Shown here in pieces: positions 19,157 through 28,082 of a DNA stretch of 64,000 nucleotides. How positions within the stretch are numbered: the first letter of the stretch is position 1; the number at the start of each line of letters is the position of its first letter. Location: positions 125 to 64,124 of the forward strand of contig JBJXFR010000071.1 in the NCBI GenBank assembly GCA_046155785.1, read 5' to 3'. The notes under the pieces are model-generated. The model ran no database searches, was not told the origin of the DNA, and saw only the letters and a list, made by a program, of their open reading frames with translations. Made by a program: the position numbers and the translations under genes. The DNA comes from Blastocatellia bacterium. GTDB lineage: Bacteria; Acidobacteriota; Blastocatellia; RBC074.

Positions 19157-19981
19157 ATGAACAATCCGACAAAACGAATGGCAATTTTCATTGCGGCGCT
19201 GTGTTTAATGCTGATGACGCTTGCCGTTTTTGGGCAAGAGAGGAGACTAAATTATGACGACTGGTATGGCGATGTGAAAAAGACATTGGCCGATCATTAC
19301 ACAGGCAAAATCGTCAAACTGCGGATGGCGATTCCCGCGACTCGGCGTGGGCTGGAATTGGTGGATGGTTCGTTTGGCAATGGAGCGGCAACATCCGAAA
19401 CATTGGCTCAATCCGGCGACGACCTAACGATCAAGAGCTTCATCGTCCGCGATCACGACATCGAGCTGTTGCTGAACAAAAATGGCGAAAAGCCAAAGGG
19501 TTGGTTCTTCCCCAAAAAGCCACGCATCAAGCTTCGTTTTTCGCGCGAACTGGTGGCCAAAGACTTGACCATCGAAACCATCAATCGCTGGCTGTCGGAG
19601 ACGATGGACGTAACGTCGTTGACGCCCGCAGGCGCTGACCCAGCCACGCAAGCCTCTGTCGCGCCATTAGCTGACCCCGTAGCCAAACCAGCCATGACAA
19701 AAGCCGCAACTGGAAACGTGATTGGGCTGCCTACACCAACAACCCTCAACGATTTGCCCCAAGCCGTTCCGGGGATTGCCGAGCTAACTATTGAATGTCC
19801 TGGGAAACACGCCCGCGTCTACATTGACGATACGTACAGCGGCTTCGCTCCGCGCACGATCAAGCTACGCGCCGGAGTTCATTCGATTTTAGTGATGGCG
19901 GATGGTTACGCGGCCTGGGAACAAAAGCTGTTCATTCCCGAAAGAAAAGCTTCAATAGTGAAAGCTGAGCTGAGCAAATGA
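19157..19981 (+). CDS. PEGA domain-containing secreted protein
   Basis: Signal peptide MAIFIAALCLMLMTLAVFG. The C-terminal ARVYIDDTYSGFAPRTIKLRAGVHSILVMADGYAAWEQKLFI is a PEGA-type module. Confidence 0.7.
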   Translation: MNNPTKRMAIFIAALCLMLMTLAVFGQERRLNYDDWYGDVKKTLADHYTGKIVKLRMAIPATRRGLELVDGSFGNGAATSETLAQSGDDLTIKSFIVRDHDIELLLNKNGEKPKGWFFPKKPRIKLRFSRELVAKDLTIETINRWLSETMDVTSLTPAGADPATQASVAPLADPVAKPAMTKAATGNVIGLPTPTTLNDLPQAVPGIAELTIECPGKHARVYIDDTYSGFAPRTIKLRAGVHSILVMADGYAAWEQKLFIPERKASIVKAELSK

Positions 19982-20068
19982 ACAGGAAATGGGATGGATT
20001 GGAGCAATGAAGGTGGGGCGGGATAGAAAATGCGGTCCTGTCCAACGCCCGCCTCCCTCGTCTCTCAA

Positions 20069-20752
20069 TCACCCATTCCCTCCGTCTTTTCGCCGCAACT
20101 GATTGACCAGCAAATGCGCCTGCCGAGTCGGCTCCGGTTGCCGACATTTCGTGACTGATTTCATCGCCAGATCAACCGCCGAATTCAAATCCATCAAATG
20201 TCCGGCGGAGATGTACACCGGATTTACTTTCTGCTTTGTCCGCAGCGCGACACCGACAATTTCATCCTTATCAATCAACGGAACATGGCTTCCGGCTTCT
20301 AAATCCAATTCACCGTGCCGACCGACCAGAATGCTTTTCGCGCAGCCAAGCGTTGGTAAATCCAAAATCAACCCGATGTGACACGCGATGCCAAACCGTC
20401 GCGGATGCGCCAAACCCTGTCCGTCCAACATCAACGCATCCGGCTTGGTTTTCAGCTTTTCCCAGCATTCCAAAAACGAAGGCGTTTCGCGGAAACTAAG
20501 CAATCCCGGCACATACGGAAATTTCGCCGTGCTGCGAACGCTGGCCGTTTCGACAATTCGCAAATCCGGCAGATTCAAAACAACAATGCCGGAGTAGATC
20601 ACTTCCGAAAACTTGTTGAAGGAAATGTCTGCTCCGGCAATTGTATTGATTTCGAGGTCGGGTGGCTGGATGCGAACCAACGAGCGCCATTCTTTTTGTG
20701 CCGCGACCGCTTCTTTCGGCGTCAGATTCCACTCGGTTAATGGGAAAAACAT
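20069..20752 (-). CDS. nfi: Endonuclease V (deoxyinosine 3' endonuclease)
   Basis: AGADISF, YVPGLLSFRE, LMLDGQGLAHPRRFGIACHIGL, PVYISAGH. These are the full set of Nfi motifs. Confidence 0.9.
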   Translation of the reverse strand: MFFPLTEWNLTPKEAVAAQKEWRSLVRIQPPDLEINTIAGADISFNKFSEVIYSGIVVLNLPDLRIVETASVRSTAKFPYVPGLLSFRETPSFLECWEKLKTKPDALMLDGQGLAHPRRFGIACHIGLILDLPTLGCAKSILVGRHGELDLEAGSHVPLIDKDEIVGVALRTKQKVNPVYISAGHLMDLNSAVDLAMKSVTKCRQPEPTRQAHLLVNQLRRKDGGNG

Positions 20753-21210
20753 AGACAGGATTTACAAGATTTACAGGATTGGTTTGGATGACAGGTTAAT
20801 TGGTTTGAACACACGATATTTTCACCTGACTTGAACGGACGAACCGAAGTTGAGCAATAAGCCTGATTCCGTTCCAGTTGCTGACAGATAGTTGACCAAT
20901 TGAACTTCGTGATCCCTGTTCAGAGATTGAACTGCCTTCAATTCGACGATGATCCTGTTTTCGACCCACAGATCGGCAAAATACTCACCAATGGCTTGGC
21001 CGTCATACAAAACACTAATGGGAGCTTCCACTCTGACCGATAGCCCAGCCTTTTCAAGTTCTATGCACAACGCTTTTTTGTAGAGCTTTTCCAGAAAACC
21101 CGCCCCCAGCGTGTTGTGAACCTTGTAGGCGCAACCAATGATAATTTTGGTCAACTCATCATCAGTCATAACCCATTCCCCATCCTGTGAATCTTGTAAA
21201 TCCTGTCTAT
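20751..21210. mobile_element. GxxExxY gene cassette bounded by 30-bp inverted CAGGAT-type repeats
   Basis: Left arm ATAGACAGGATTTACAAGATTTACAGGATT (20751-20780). The reverse complement of 21181-21210 is ATAGACAGGATTTACAAGATTCACAGGATG, a 28/30 match. The interior is AT-richer than its surroundings. Confidence 0.45.
20822..21169 (-). CDS. GxxExxY protein (PD-(D/E)XK nuclease superfamily)
   Basis: IIGCAYKVHNTLGAGFLEKLY, GEYFADLWVENRIIVELKAV, QLVNYLSATG..GLLLNFG. This is the characteristic layout of the GxxExxY family. Confidence 0.85.
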   Translation of the reverse strand: MTDDELTKIIIGCAYKVHNTLGAGFLEKLYKKALCIELEKAGLSVRVEAPISVLYDGQAIGEYFADLWVENRIIVELKAVQSLNRDHEVQLVNYLSATGTESGLLLNFGSSVQVR

Positions 21211-21219
21211 TCCGCTTGT

Positions 21220-21651
21220 TTAAGCGGCGATTTCGACCAGCTTCAGATCGAAATGAAGCTCTTCGCCAGCCAGCGGATGATTGGCGTCCAGCGTGACTGC
21301 GGTGTCGGTCAATTCGGTGATGACCAGCGGGATGCTGCCTTGCGGAGTTTGCATTTCAATCGCCAGGCCAAGCTCCGGTTCCATATCGCCCAGATTGAAT
21401 TGGTCGCGGCTTATGGTTTGCACCAGTTCTTCCATTCGCTCGCCGTAAGCTTGATCGGCGGGAATGACGACGGTTTTGGTTTCGCCGACCTGCATTCCTA
21501 CAAGCGCGGCGTCAAAGCCCGGAATGACATGACCTGCGCCAACGGTGAATCCGAGCGGTTCGTTGCCTTCGGAAGTGTCGAAGACCTGACCGTCATCGAA
21601 TTTGCCTGTGTAATGCACCTTCACGGCATCGCCGGTTTTAACTATAGACAT
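21220..21651 (-). CDS. slyD: FKBP-type peptidyl-prolyl isomerase, SlyD-like (with IF insert, no His tail)
   Basis: VKVHYTGKFDDGQVFDTS, GAGHVIPGFDAALVGM, DANHPLAGEELHFDLKLVEI. Confidence 0.8.
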   Translation of the reverse strand: MSIVKTGDAVKVHYTGKFDDGQVFDTSEGNEPLGFTVGAGHVIPGFDAALVGMQVGETKTVVIPADQAYGERMEELVQTISRDQFNLGDMEPELGLAIEMQTPQGSIPLVITELTDTAVTLDANHPLAGEELHFDLKLVEIAA

Positions 21652-21766
21652 TTAAGTTTTCCTTTTTGGTGATTTTGCTCCGAGATAAGCCGAAGCCGAA
21701 ATAAAACGCGCGCAGCTTCGCATAGCGATTTGCAAAAAGCCAGACAGTTCATTTAGCTTCGCGCGC

Positions 21767-22729
21767 GTGAAAGCATTACGTTTTGAACAAGGCGAATTGC
21801 GGTTGGCCGAAACCGCCGTGCCCAATCGCGCGGGCGAAGCTCTGGTGCGCGTGACGCTGGCCGGAATCTGCAACACCGATTTAGAAGTCGTTCGCGGCTA
21901 CGCGGGATTCAACGGCACGCTCGGCCACGAATTCGTCGGCGTCGTCGAAGCTTCGCCGGATGAATCGCAAATCGGTCGCCGAGTCGTCGGTGAAATCAAC
22001 GTTGGTTGCGGCGATTGCGAATGCTGCCTGGCCGGAGACGCTCGGCATTGCGTGACGCGAACCGCGCTGGGAATTCATCGCCGCGATGGAGCTTTTGCCG
22101 AATTCCTGACTCTGCCGCCGCAAAATCTGCGCCTCGTTCCCGACACCGTCAGCGACCGCCAAGCCGTCTTCACCGAACCGCTGGCCGCCGCCTGCGAAAT
22201 TCTGGATCAAGTCACAATCAATCCTTCCCACAAAGTCGCTGTCATCGGCGATGGCAAACTCGGTCAATTGATCGCTCGTGTGCTGGCAACGACTGGCTGT
22301 GAATTGAGTTTGATCGGCAAACACGCTGACAAGCTGGAACTTGCGGCGCAAGCCGGAATCAAAACACTGCGGGTTGGAGTTGAGATGCCACCGCCCAAAG
22401 GTTTTGATTTCGTGGTCGAAGCCAGCGGCTCTGCCAGCGGATTGCAAACGGCGCTGGAACTGGTCAAAGCGCGCGGCACGATCATACTGAAATCCACCTT
22501 TCACGGCGGAGTAGTTCCGGTGGACACAACGCGCATCGTTGTGGATGAAATCAACTTGATTGGCTCTCGCTGCGGACGATTTGAACAGGCGCTGAAGCTG
22601 CTGGAATCCGGCAAAGTCTCCGTCGAACCACTTATCGCCGCCGAATTCAAATTAACCGATGCCGTCAACGCAATGGCTTACGCTGCGACACCCGGCACAC
22701 TGAAAACCCTACTGACTACCGTCTACTGA
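21767..22729 (+). CDS. Zn-dependent alcohol dehydrogenase / MDR-family oxidoreductase
   Basis: GICNTDLEV, GHEFVGVV, a structural-Zn Cys cluster CGDCECCLAGDARHC, and the Rossmann motif VIGDGKLG. Confidence 0.85.
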   Translation: MKALRFEQGELRLAETAVPNRAGEALVRVTLAGICNTDLEVVRGYAGFNGTLGHEFVGVVEASPDESQIGRRVVGEINVGCGDCECCLAGDARHCVTRTALGIHRRDGAFAEFLTLPPQNLRLVPDTVSDRQAVFTEPLAAACEILDQVTINPSHKVAVIGDGKLGQLIARVLATTGCELSLIGKHADKLELAAQAGIKTLRVGVEMPPPKGFDFVVEASGSASGLQTALELVKARGTIILKSTFHGGVVPVDTTRIVVDEINLIGSRCGRFEQALKLLESGKVSVEPLIAAEFKLTDAVNAMAYAATPGTLKTLLTTVY

Positions 22730-22754
22730 CTACCGTTTACTCGAAGAAGAAGAT

Positions 22755-23387
22755 ATGTACCCTGCTGGCAACTTATTCATCCCCGCGCCCCACGGCCAAC
22801 TCGAAGCGATTTATCGCCCGCGAACCAACGACGCCGAACGAGTCGCATTGGCGCTGCACCCGCATCCGCTGCACGGAGGCACGATGCACAACAAAGTTGT
22901 GTTCCGCGCGGCAAAGGCTTTAACGGAATCAGGCTTTGAAACCTTGCGCTTCAACTTTCGCGGCGTAGGCGCAAGCACCGGCGTTTACGATGAAGGGATT
23001 GGCGAATGCGACGACGCGCGCGTGGCGTTGGAGTATTTGCTGGCCGATCAACCCAACGCCCGCGAAGTCCTCGTCGCTGGATTTTCCTTCGGTTCGATTG
23101 TCGGTTTGAACGTGGGCTGCGCTGATGCGCGAGTTCATCGGCTGATTGGGATTGGCGTTCCGGCGCGTTTGGGAAAACTGGATTGTTTGTTTGAATGCCC
23201 GAAACCGAAGCTGTTCGTTCACGGCGCGCTGGATGACATTGCGCCGCTGGAACCGTTCCAAGATTTTTTGGCCAAACTGCCCGCCACCAGCAATCATCAG
23301 TTGGTGAGCATCGCTGGCGCAGGCCATTTCTTCGATGACCAGGCCGACGAATTGATGCAAACGATCAAAGAGTTTGTCAGTTCGTAG
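22755..23387 (+). CDS. Alpha/beta-fold hydrolase
   Basis: HPHPLHGGTMHNKV and the nucleophile elbow GFSFGS. About 210 aa. Confidence 0.7.
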   Translation: MYPAGNLFIPAPHGQLEAIYRPRTNDAERVALALHPHPLHGGTMHNKVVFRAAKALTESGFETLRFNFRGVGASTGVYDEGIGECDDARVALEYLLADQPNAREVLVAGFSFGSIVGLNVGCADARVHRLIGIGVPARLGKLDCLFECPKPKLFVHGALDDIAPLEPFQDFLAKLPATSNHQLVSIAGAGHFFDDQADELMQTIKEFVSS

Positions 23388-23414
23388 CGTCGGCTTCAGC
23401 CGGAATCTTCAGTT

Positions 23415-24593
23415 ATGAAATTTCGACCATTCCAAGTTGCGCGATTGTTCGGCATCCCTGTCATGATTGATTACAGTTGGGTTCCGATGGCTTTGCTGCA
23501 TGTCTGGCTGGTAGCTCAATTCTGGCTGCCGTCCAGAGTCTTTCCGCCGCTGCCACTGTGGCAAAACCTGGCGCTGAGTTTGGTCATCACCGGCTTGTTC
23601 TTTGGTTCGGTGTTGGGCCACGAACTGGCGCATGCGCTGGTGGCCAGACTGGAAGGCATTCGCATTTACGATATTCAACTGCACATTTTCGGCGGATGGG
23701 CGCGATTGGTTGGCGAACCGGCTACGGCAATGGCCGAGTTTCGCGTTGCCGTAGCCGGGCCAGTCGCTTCGTTCCTGTTGGCATTTTTTTTCTGGCTGTG
23801 CCTGTTCACAGTGCAGGAATTCAGCAGCGGCGGTTTGCAGGCGCGAACCATCGCCGCCGGATTCTTTTACCTGGCCGCGGCCAATTTGCTGTTGGCGATG
23901 TTCAATCTGTTGCCGGGATTGCCCTTGGACGGAGGCCGCGCGCTGCGAGCTTATCTGTGGCACAAACGCGGAGACATTGTTTCGGCGACTCGCACGATGA
24001 CCAAAATGGGAGTCGGCATCGCGTACATGCTGATTTCGTATGCGTTGTTTCTGGTTGGGTTTGGCATGTTTCGCGGAACGCTGTGGCAGGATTTCGTCGT
24101 CGCCGTCTGGTTGTTGATCGTCGGCATATTTCTGAAAACCACCGCCGAAAGCGATTACCGCAATCGTTTTCGACACGCCAAACAACCCGCGCCCGTTCAG
24201 CGCGAAGCCGTCATCGAACCCGGCACAGTCGGCGCGGTGATGAACGCTCCAGCGGTGAGCGTCGCGCCGGAACTTCGTGTCAGCGAATTCCTGGATCGCG
24301 TGCTGCCCAAAAACCGGCTGACGTTTTTCGCCGTCGCTCACGAAGGCCGCTTGCACGGCGTGTTGTCACTGGCCAAATTGCGCGAACTTCCACAGGAACG
24401 CTGGGAACAAACCATCATCCGCGATGTCATGCTGCCCATCAGCGACGACCTGTTTATCACTATCCGCGCTTCCATCGAACACGCTCAGCGCAAACTGAAA
24501 ATGAACCAAATTGGTTTTTTGGTGGTGATAGATCAAGACGGTTTCTTGATCGGCTACCTGAACGATAAAGACCTGGAGCAAGCTGCCAGCTAA
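23415..24593 (+). CDS. Site-2 protease family (M50) metalloprotease with C-terminal CBS pair
   Basis: HELAHALVA (HExxH) and NLLPGLPLDGGR. The C-terminus carries two CBS-like repeats (VMNAPAVSV.., VMLPISDDL..). Confidence 0.85.
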   Translation: MKFRPFQVARLFGIPVMIDYSWVPMALLHVWLVAQFWLPSRVFPPLPLWQNLALSLVITGLFFGSVLGHELAHALVARLEGIRIYDIQLHIFGGWARLVGEPATAMAEFRVAVAGPVASFLLAFFFWLCLFTVQEFSSGGLQARTIAAGFFYLAAANLLLAMFNLLPGLPLDGGRALRAYLWHKRGDIVSATRTMTKMGVGIAYMLISYALFLVGFGMFRGTLWQDFVVAVWLLIVGIFLKTTAESDYRNRFRHAKQPAPVQREAVIEPGTVGAVMNAPAVSVAPELRVSEFLDRVLPKNRLTFFAVAHEGRLHGVLSLAKLRELPQERWEQTIIRDVMLPISDDLFITIRASIEHAQRKLKMNQIGFLVVIDQDGFLIGYLNDKDLEQAAS

Positions 24594-24626
24594 CGAATAG
24601 TTTTCTTCTGCTGGGCAAAGACCCAC

Positions 24627-24740
24627 CATCCATTTTCCATTTCTCATTTCCCATTTGAGATTTGTCATCGGCCAGTAGGTGCGAAGACACTCGGCAACCG
24701 ATGAAAAATGAAAAATCGCAACTGACAAATGGAAAATGAT
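24627..24740. repeat. Heptad-periodic hairpin element (CCATTTN arrays), copy 1 of 2
   Basis: The left arm CCATTTT/CCATTTC/TCATTTC/CCATTTG/AGATTTG/TCATCGG faces CCGATGA/AAAATGA/AAAATCG/CAACTGA/CAAATGG/AAAATGA. It shares TGACAAATGGAAAAT with 59345-59444. Confidence 0.7.
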
Positions 24741-24902
24741 AGACGGTTGTCGCCATTTTTCAGCTTTGGTGAAACTGACTACGCCGGTTGCCGCGTTTTT
24801 TTGTTCGCGGTACTCTCTGCGTCACCTGACAGACAAATGTGATTCATTTGGTCGGGTACACTTCACACGCAATTCATCTCAAATTTCAGAAGAGGTCGTC
24901 TT

Positions 24903-26936
24903 ATGTTTCTTTGGCGTCAATTCAGTCAAAACGTGTTCGCCTTGTTGGCCGCGCTTATTGTGCTATCCGTGACAGTTTCAGCGCAAAATTTGAACCCGGT
25001 GGAACTTTCCACCAAGCTCGACCCGAATCCGGTCAAAGCCGGGCAAAGCGCAAAAGTCATCATCACCGCGAAGATTGCGCCAGAGTGGCATTTGTATTCG
25101 TTGACGCAACCAGCCGGTGGCCCGCGCGCAACGCGAATCACGATTGACGAAACCAGCGCGTTCAAAGCCGACGGCAAAGCCACTCAGCCCAAACCCAAAG
25201 TCGCCGCCGATCCGAACTTTTCGATGCCCGGCCAGCCGCCATTTATGACGGAAACTTTTGACACCGAAGCCGTCTTCACGTTGCCGATCAAGGTGGCTGC
25301 GGACGCCGCCGTAGGTTCTCAGAAACTGATAGTCAAATTTGCGTTCCAAGCCTGTGACGATCATCAATGCCTGGCCCCGCGCACCAAACCATTGGAAGTG
25401 GACGTAACGATTGTCGCCGCCAATGCCAAACTGACCGCTGAAGTTTCGCCAACGCCAACCCCTTCTCCGGCGACAGAGGCGTCGCCGACGCCAGAAAGCG
25501 TGAGCGGCGCAATCACAACCGGAACTCCACCCGCTCCGCCAACCAACACTGACGAAGATCAAGCGGTGGCGCTGAAAAATCGCGGACTGTTCGGATTCAT
25601 TTGGTTCGCCGTCCTTCAAGGGCTGTTGGCGTTGCTGACTCCGTGCGTGTTCCCAATGATTCCGATCACGGTTTCGTTTTTCACCAAGCGCGAAAAACGT
25701 ACCAGCGGACAGGCTGTCGGACAGGCTTCATTCTTTTCTCTGGGAATCATTCTGACTTACACGGTGCTGGGATTGGCTTTGGCAGTGATTGCCGGGCCAA
25801 CGGGGTTGACCAAGTTCGCGGCCAATCCGTGGATGAACCTGTTTCTGACCGCGCTGTTCGTCATCTTCGCGTTGAATCTGTTCGGAATGTTTGAAATTCA
25901 GGTTCCGTCCGGGCTGGTCAACAAGTTAAACGCGCAGGCCGACAGCGGAACTGGCAATCAAACTTTCGCCACGATTTTGATGGGCATCACTTTCACGCTG
26001 ACTTCATTCACCTGCACAACGGCGTTTGTCGGAACGGTGTTGATTTACGCCACGCAAGGCGATTGGTTCTGGGCTGTCATCGGAATGGTCGCGTTTGCGA
26101 CGGCATTTGCGTTGCCGTTTTTCCTGTTCGCGCTGTTCCCGCAATGGCTGCAAAGCCTGCCGAAATCAGGCGGCTGGTTGAATTCAGTCAAAGTCGTCAT
26201 GGGTTTTTTGGAGCTTGGCGCGGCGTTCAAATTCCTGAGCAACGTTGATCTGGTTTGGGGCTGGCAAACGATCTCGCGCCCGCTGGTGTTGTCGGCCTGG
26301 ATAGCGATTGCGCTGGCGGCTGCGCTGTATTTGCTTGGCAAGATTCAGCTTCCGCACGATTCGCCGGTTGAACGATTGGGAGTTTTCAGAATGCTGATGG
26401 GGACGTTCTTTCTGGGTCTGGCGTTTTACCTCCTGACCGGATTGTTCGGCGGAGGCCTGGGAGAATTCGACGCCTGGTTGCCTCCTTCTTCGGCGAAAGA
26501 TTTTGCCTTGAACCGTTCGGGCGGAAATGCCGCCGAAGCCAAATGGATTGAGACTTACGAAGAAGTTCTGCAAAAAGCCAAAGCCGAAAATCGCCCGGCG
26601 TTTTTGAACTTCACCGGAGTCACCTGCACCAATTGCCGCTGGATGGAAAAGAACATGTTCCCTGATCCAGCCGTGAAAAAAGAGTTGGAGAAGTTCGTCC
26701 TGGCTGAACTGTACACCGACCGCGAAGACACGCCGGAGCACCAGAAAATTGACGAAGAAAATGGACGGCTTCAGGGAGAAAAATTTGGCTCTGTCGCTTT
26801 GCCGTTGTATGTGGTGGTGGATGCGAACGGAAACATACTGTCGAAATTCCCCGGCCTGACGCGCGACAAAAACGAATTCGTCGAATTCCTGCAACGTGGA
26901 GCCAGTCGCTTTCAACCGCTGACGGCGCAAAAATAA
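24903..26936 (+). CDS. dsbD: DsbD-like thiol:disulfide interchange protein (N-terminal Ig-like, DsbD TM core, C-terminal thioredoxin)
   Basis: TM core LLALLTPCVFPMIPIT. C-terminal thioredoxin fold with FTGVTCTNCRWMEKN (CxxC). A Pro/Thr-rich linker follows the N-terminal domain. Confidence 0.8.
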   Translation: MFLWRQFSQNVFALLAALIVLSVTVSAQNLNPVELSTKLDPNPVKAGQSAKVIITAKIAPEWHLYSLTQPAGGPRATRITIDETSAFKADGKATQPKPKVAADPNFSMPGQPPFMTETFDTEAVFTLPIKVAADAAVGSQKLIVKFAFQACDDHQCLAPRTKPLEVDVTIVAANAKLTAEVSPTPTPSPATEASPTPESVSGAITTGTPPAPPTNTDEDQAVALKNRGLFGFIWFAVLQGLLALLTPCVFPMIPITVSFFTKREKRTSGQAVGQASFFSLGIILTYTVLGLALAVIAGPTGLTKFAANPWMNLFLTALFVIFALNLFGMFEIQVPSGLVNKLNAQADSGTGNQTFATILMGITFTLTSFTCTTAFVGTVLIYATQGDWFWAVIGMVAFATAFALPFFLFALFPQWLQSLPKSGGWLNSVKVVMGFLELGAAFKFLSNVDLVWGWQTISRPLVLSAWIAIALAAALYLLGKIQLPHDSPVERLGVFRMLMGTFFLGLAFYLLTGLFGGGLGEFDAWLPPSSAKDFALNRSGGNAAEAKWIETYEEVLQKAKAENRPAFLNFTGVTCTNCRWMEKNMFPDPAVKKELEKFVLAELYTDREDTPEHQKIDEENGRLQGEKFGSVALPLYVVVDANGNILSKFPGLTRDKNEFVEFLQRGASRFQPLTAQK

Positions 26937-26938
26937 AA

Positions 26939-27004
26939 GTCAGCTCCGCGCGCGGTAGCAAGCGGGTTATGTTGGCTGCGCTCCCTAACGGTCGCGGCGC
27001 TGAC
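26939..27004. repeat. GC-rich REP-like element between convergent genes
   Basis: GTCAGCTCCGCG ... CGCGGCGCTGAC form inverted ends. It contains GCGCGCGGTAGCAAGCGG. The minus strand reads the widespread AATVRERS-type REP translation. Confidence 0.5.
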
Positions 27005-27009
27005 TCTTC

Positions 27010-27567
27010 TTACTGCTTGGGCCAATCGCCGTCATCGCCAGATTGCGGCGGGTTCCATTGCGGAGGCGGCGGCGGCTGAAATTGGTTTTGACGTTTCTCA
27101 AAAATCTTCACTCCAACCATTCCACCCAAAACCGTAAAGCCCAACAACAAAGCCGCTCCGATTAAAGTCCCGGGAATCATCCCAACAATTTGGCTGGTCA
27201 GACTTCTCCCGCTCATTTCATCTTTCATCGCCTGAACGAATTGCAGCAATTGAGGTTGATTCAATTCTTCCGCCGCGTTCCCCATAATTCTTAACATATA
27301 AGGCAGCGTCACTAACTCAACCGGCAAACCGATAACCACTCGAATAAAGGCGCCCAGCGCTCCGGCATATAAACCAATTTTTGCGCCGTCTTTGACCGTG
27401 ACGGGTTGTGGCGACCCATCAACCAGCAACTTGGCCGAAATGGCTCCGCCCAGCCAGGCCCATAAACAGCAACAGGTGTTGCCGGCATTCAAAAACGGAA
27501 CCACGGACAAAACACCCATGACCAGTCCGCCGACAATATAAGCCTTGCTCTGATCCTGTTGATTCAT
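27010..27567 (-). CDS. Multi-pass membrane protein with Pro-rich C-terminal tail
   Basis: The start at 27567 forms an ATGA overlap with the upstream gene. Four TM segments. Tail is QPPPPPQWNPPQSGDDGDWPKQ. Confidence 0.6.
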   Translation of the reverse strand: MNQQDQSKAYIVGGLVMGVLSVVPFLNAGNTCCCLWAWLGGAISAKLLVDGSPQPVTVKDGAKIGLYAGALGAFIRVVIGLPVELVTLPYMLRIMGNAAEELNQPQLLQFVQAMKDEMSGRSLTSQIVGMIPGTLIGAALLLGFTVLGGMVGVKIFEKRQNQFQPPPPPQWNPPQSGDDGDWPKQ

Positions 27568-28082
27568 GCTGAGTAATTCTCCTTGAAAGAATGATCCGAT
27601 GGTTTTGGCGAATCGGGTAAAACAATTGCTACCCAAGCGGGCAAAAGGAAAAACGCGGCAGTCGCGCCAACCAACAACCCGGTCGCCAGCCGCGAAAAAA
27701 AAGTGTTGCTGAATAAACCGATGTAGTCTCCGCCAAAATCAACCAGCATCGGCAAAGCAGCGCTAAACAACCAAAATCGCCGCGGAGCTTCCTGATTGCT
27801 CAGGCGGCGAAAAAAAGGATACAACGCCAATCCAACGATGAATCCAAAGTAAATTCCTGTGCAGCGCGAGCAAACCGCCAGCGGAAATCCCTGAAAACGA
27901 AATGACCTTTCAGGGATTTGATGGCAAACGGCGGACAACCCGCGATAAAGGCTCTCCGCCGAAAACAAATGACCGTTGGCCATTAACCACGACGGCAGAA
28001 AAATCACTGCCAGCCACGCCAGCCCAATCAGCAGCAACAGCGCGTACATCCATCGAGCTTTTAGGATTTCAGTTTGAGTCAT
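27564..28082 (-). CDS. DUF2085-like membrane protein
   Basis: CHQIPERSF .. PLAVCSRCTGIYFG signature. Confidence 0.75.
   Translation of the reverse strand: MTQTEILKARWMYALLLLIGLAWLAVIFLPSWLMANGHLFSAESLYRGLSAVCHQIPERSFRFQGFPLAVCSRCTGIYFGFIVGLALYPFFRRLSNQEAPRRFWLFSAALPMLVDFGGDYIGLFSNTFFSRLATGLLVGATAAFFLLPAWVAIVLPDSPKPSDHSFKENYSA

Noticed and set aside
23409-24568. Long alternative-frame and antisense ORFs (23409-24356 minus, 315 aa; 23477-24568 plus, 363 aa) over the M50 protease gene
   Set aside because: They are Arg/Gln/Ser-rich low-complexity translations with no SD and no recognisable motifs. The in-frame M50 protein has clear HExxH, NLLPGxPLDGG and CBS signatures. These are typical shadow ORFs of GC-biased coding DNA.
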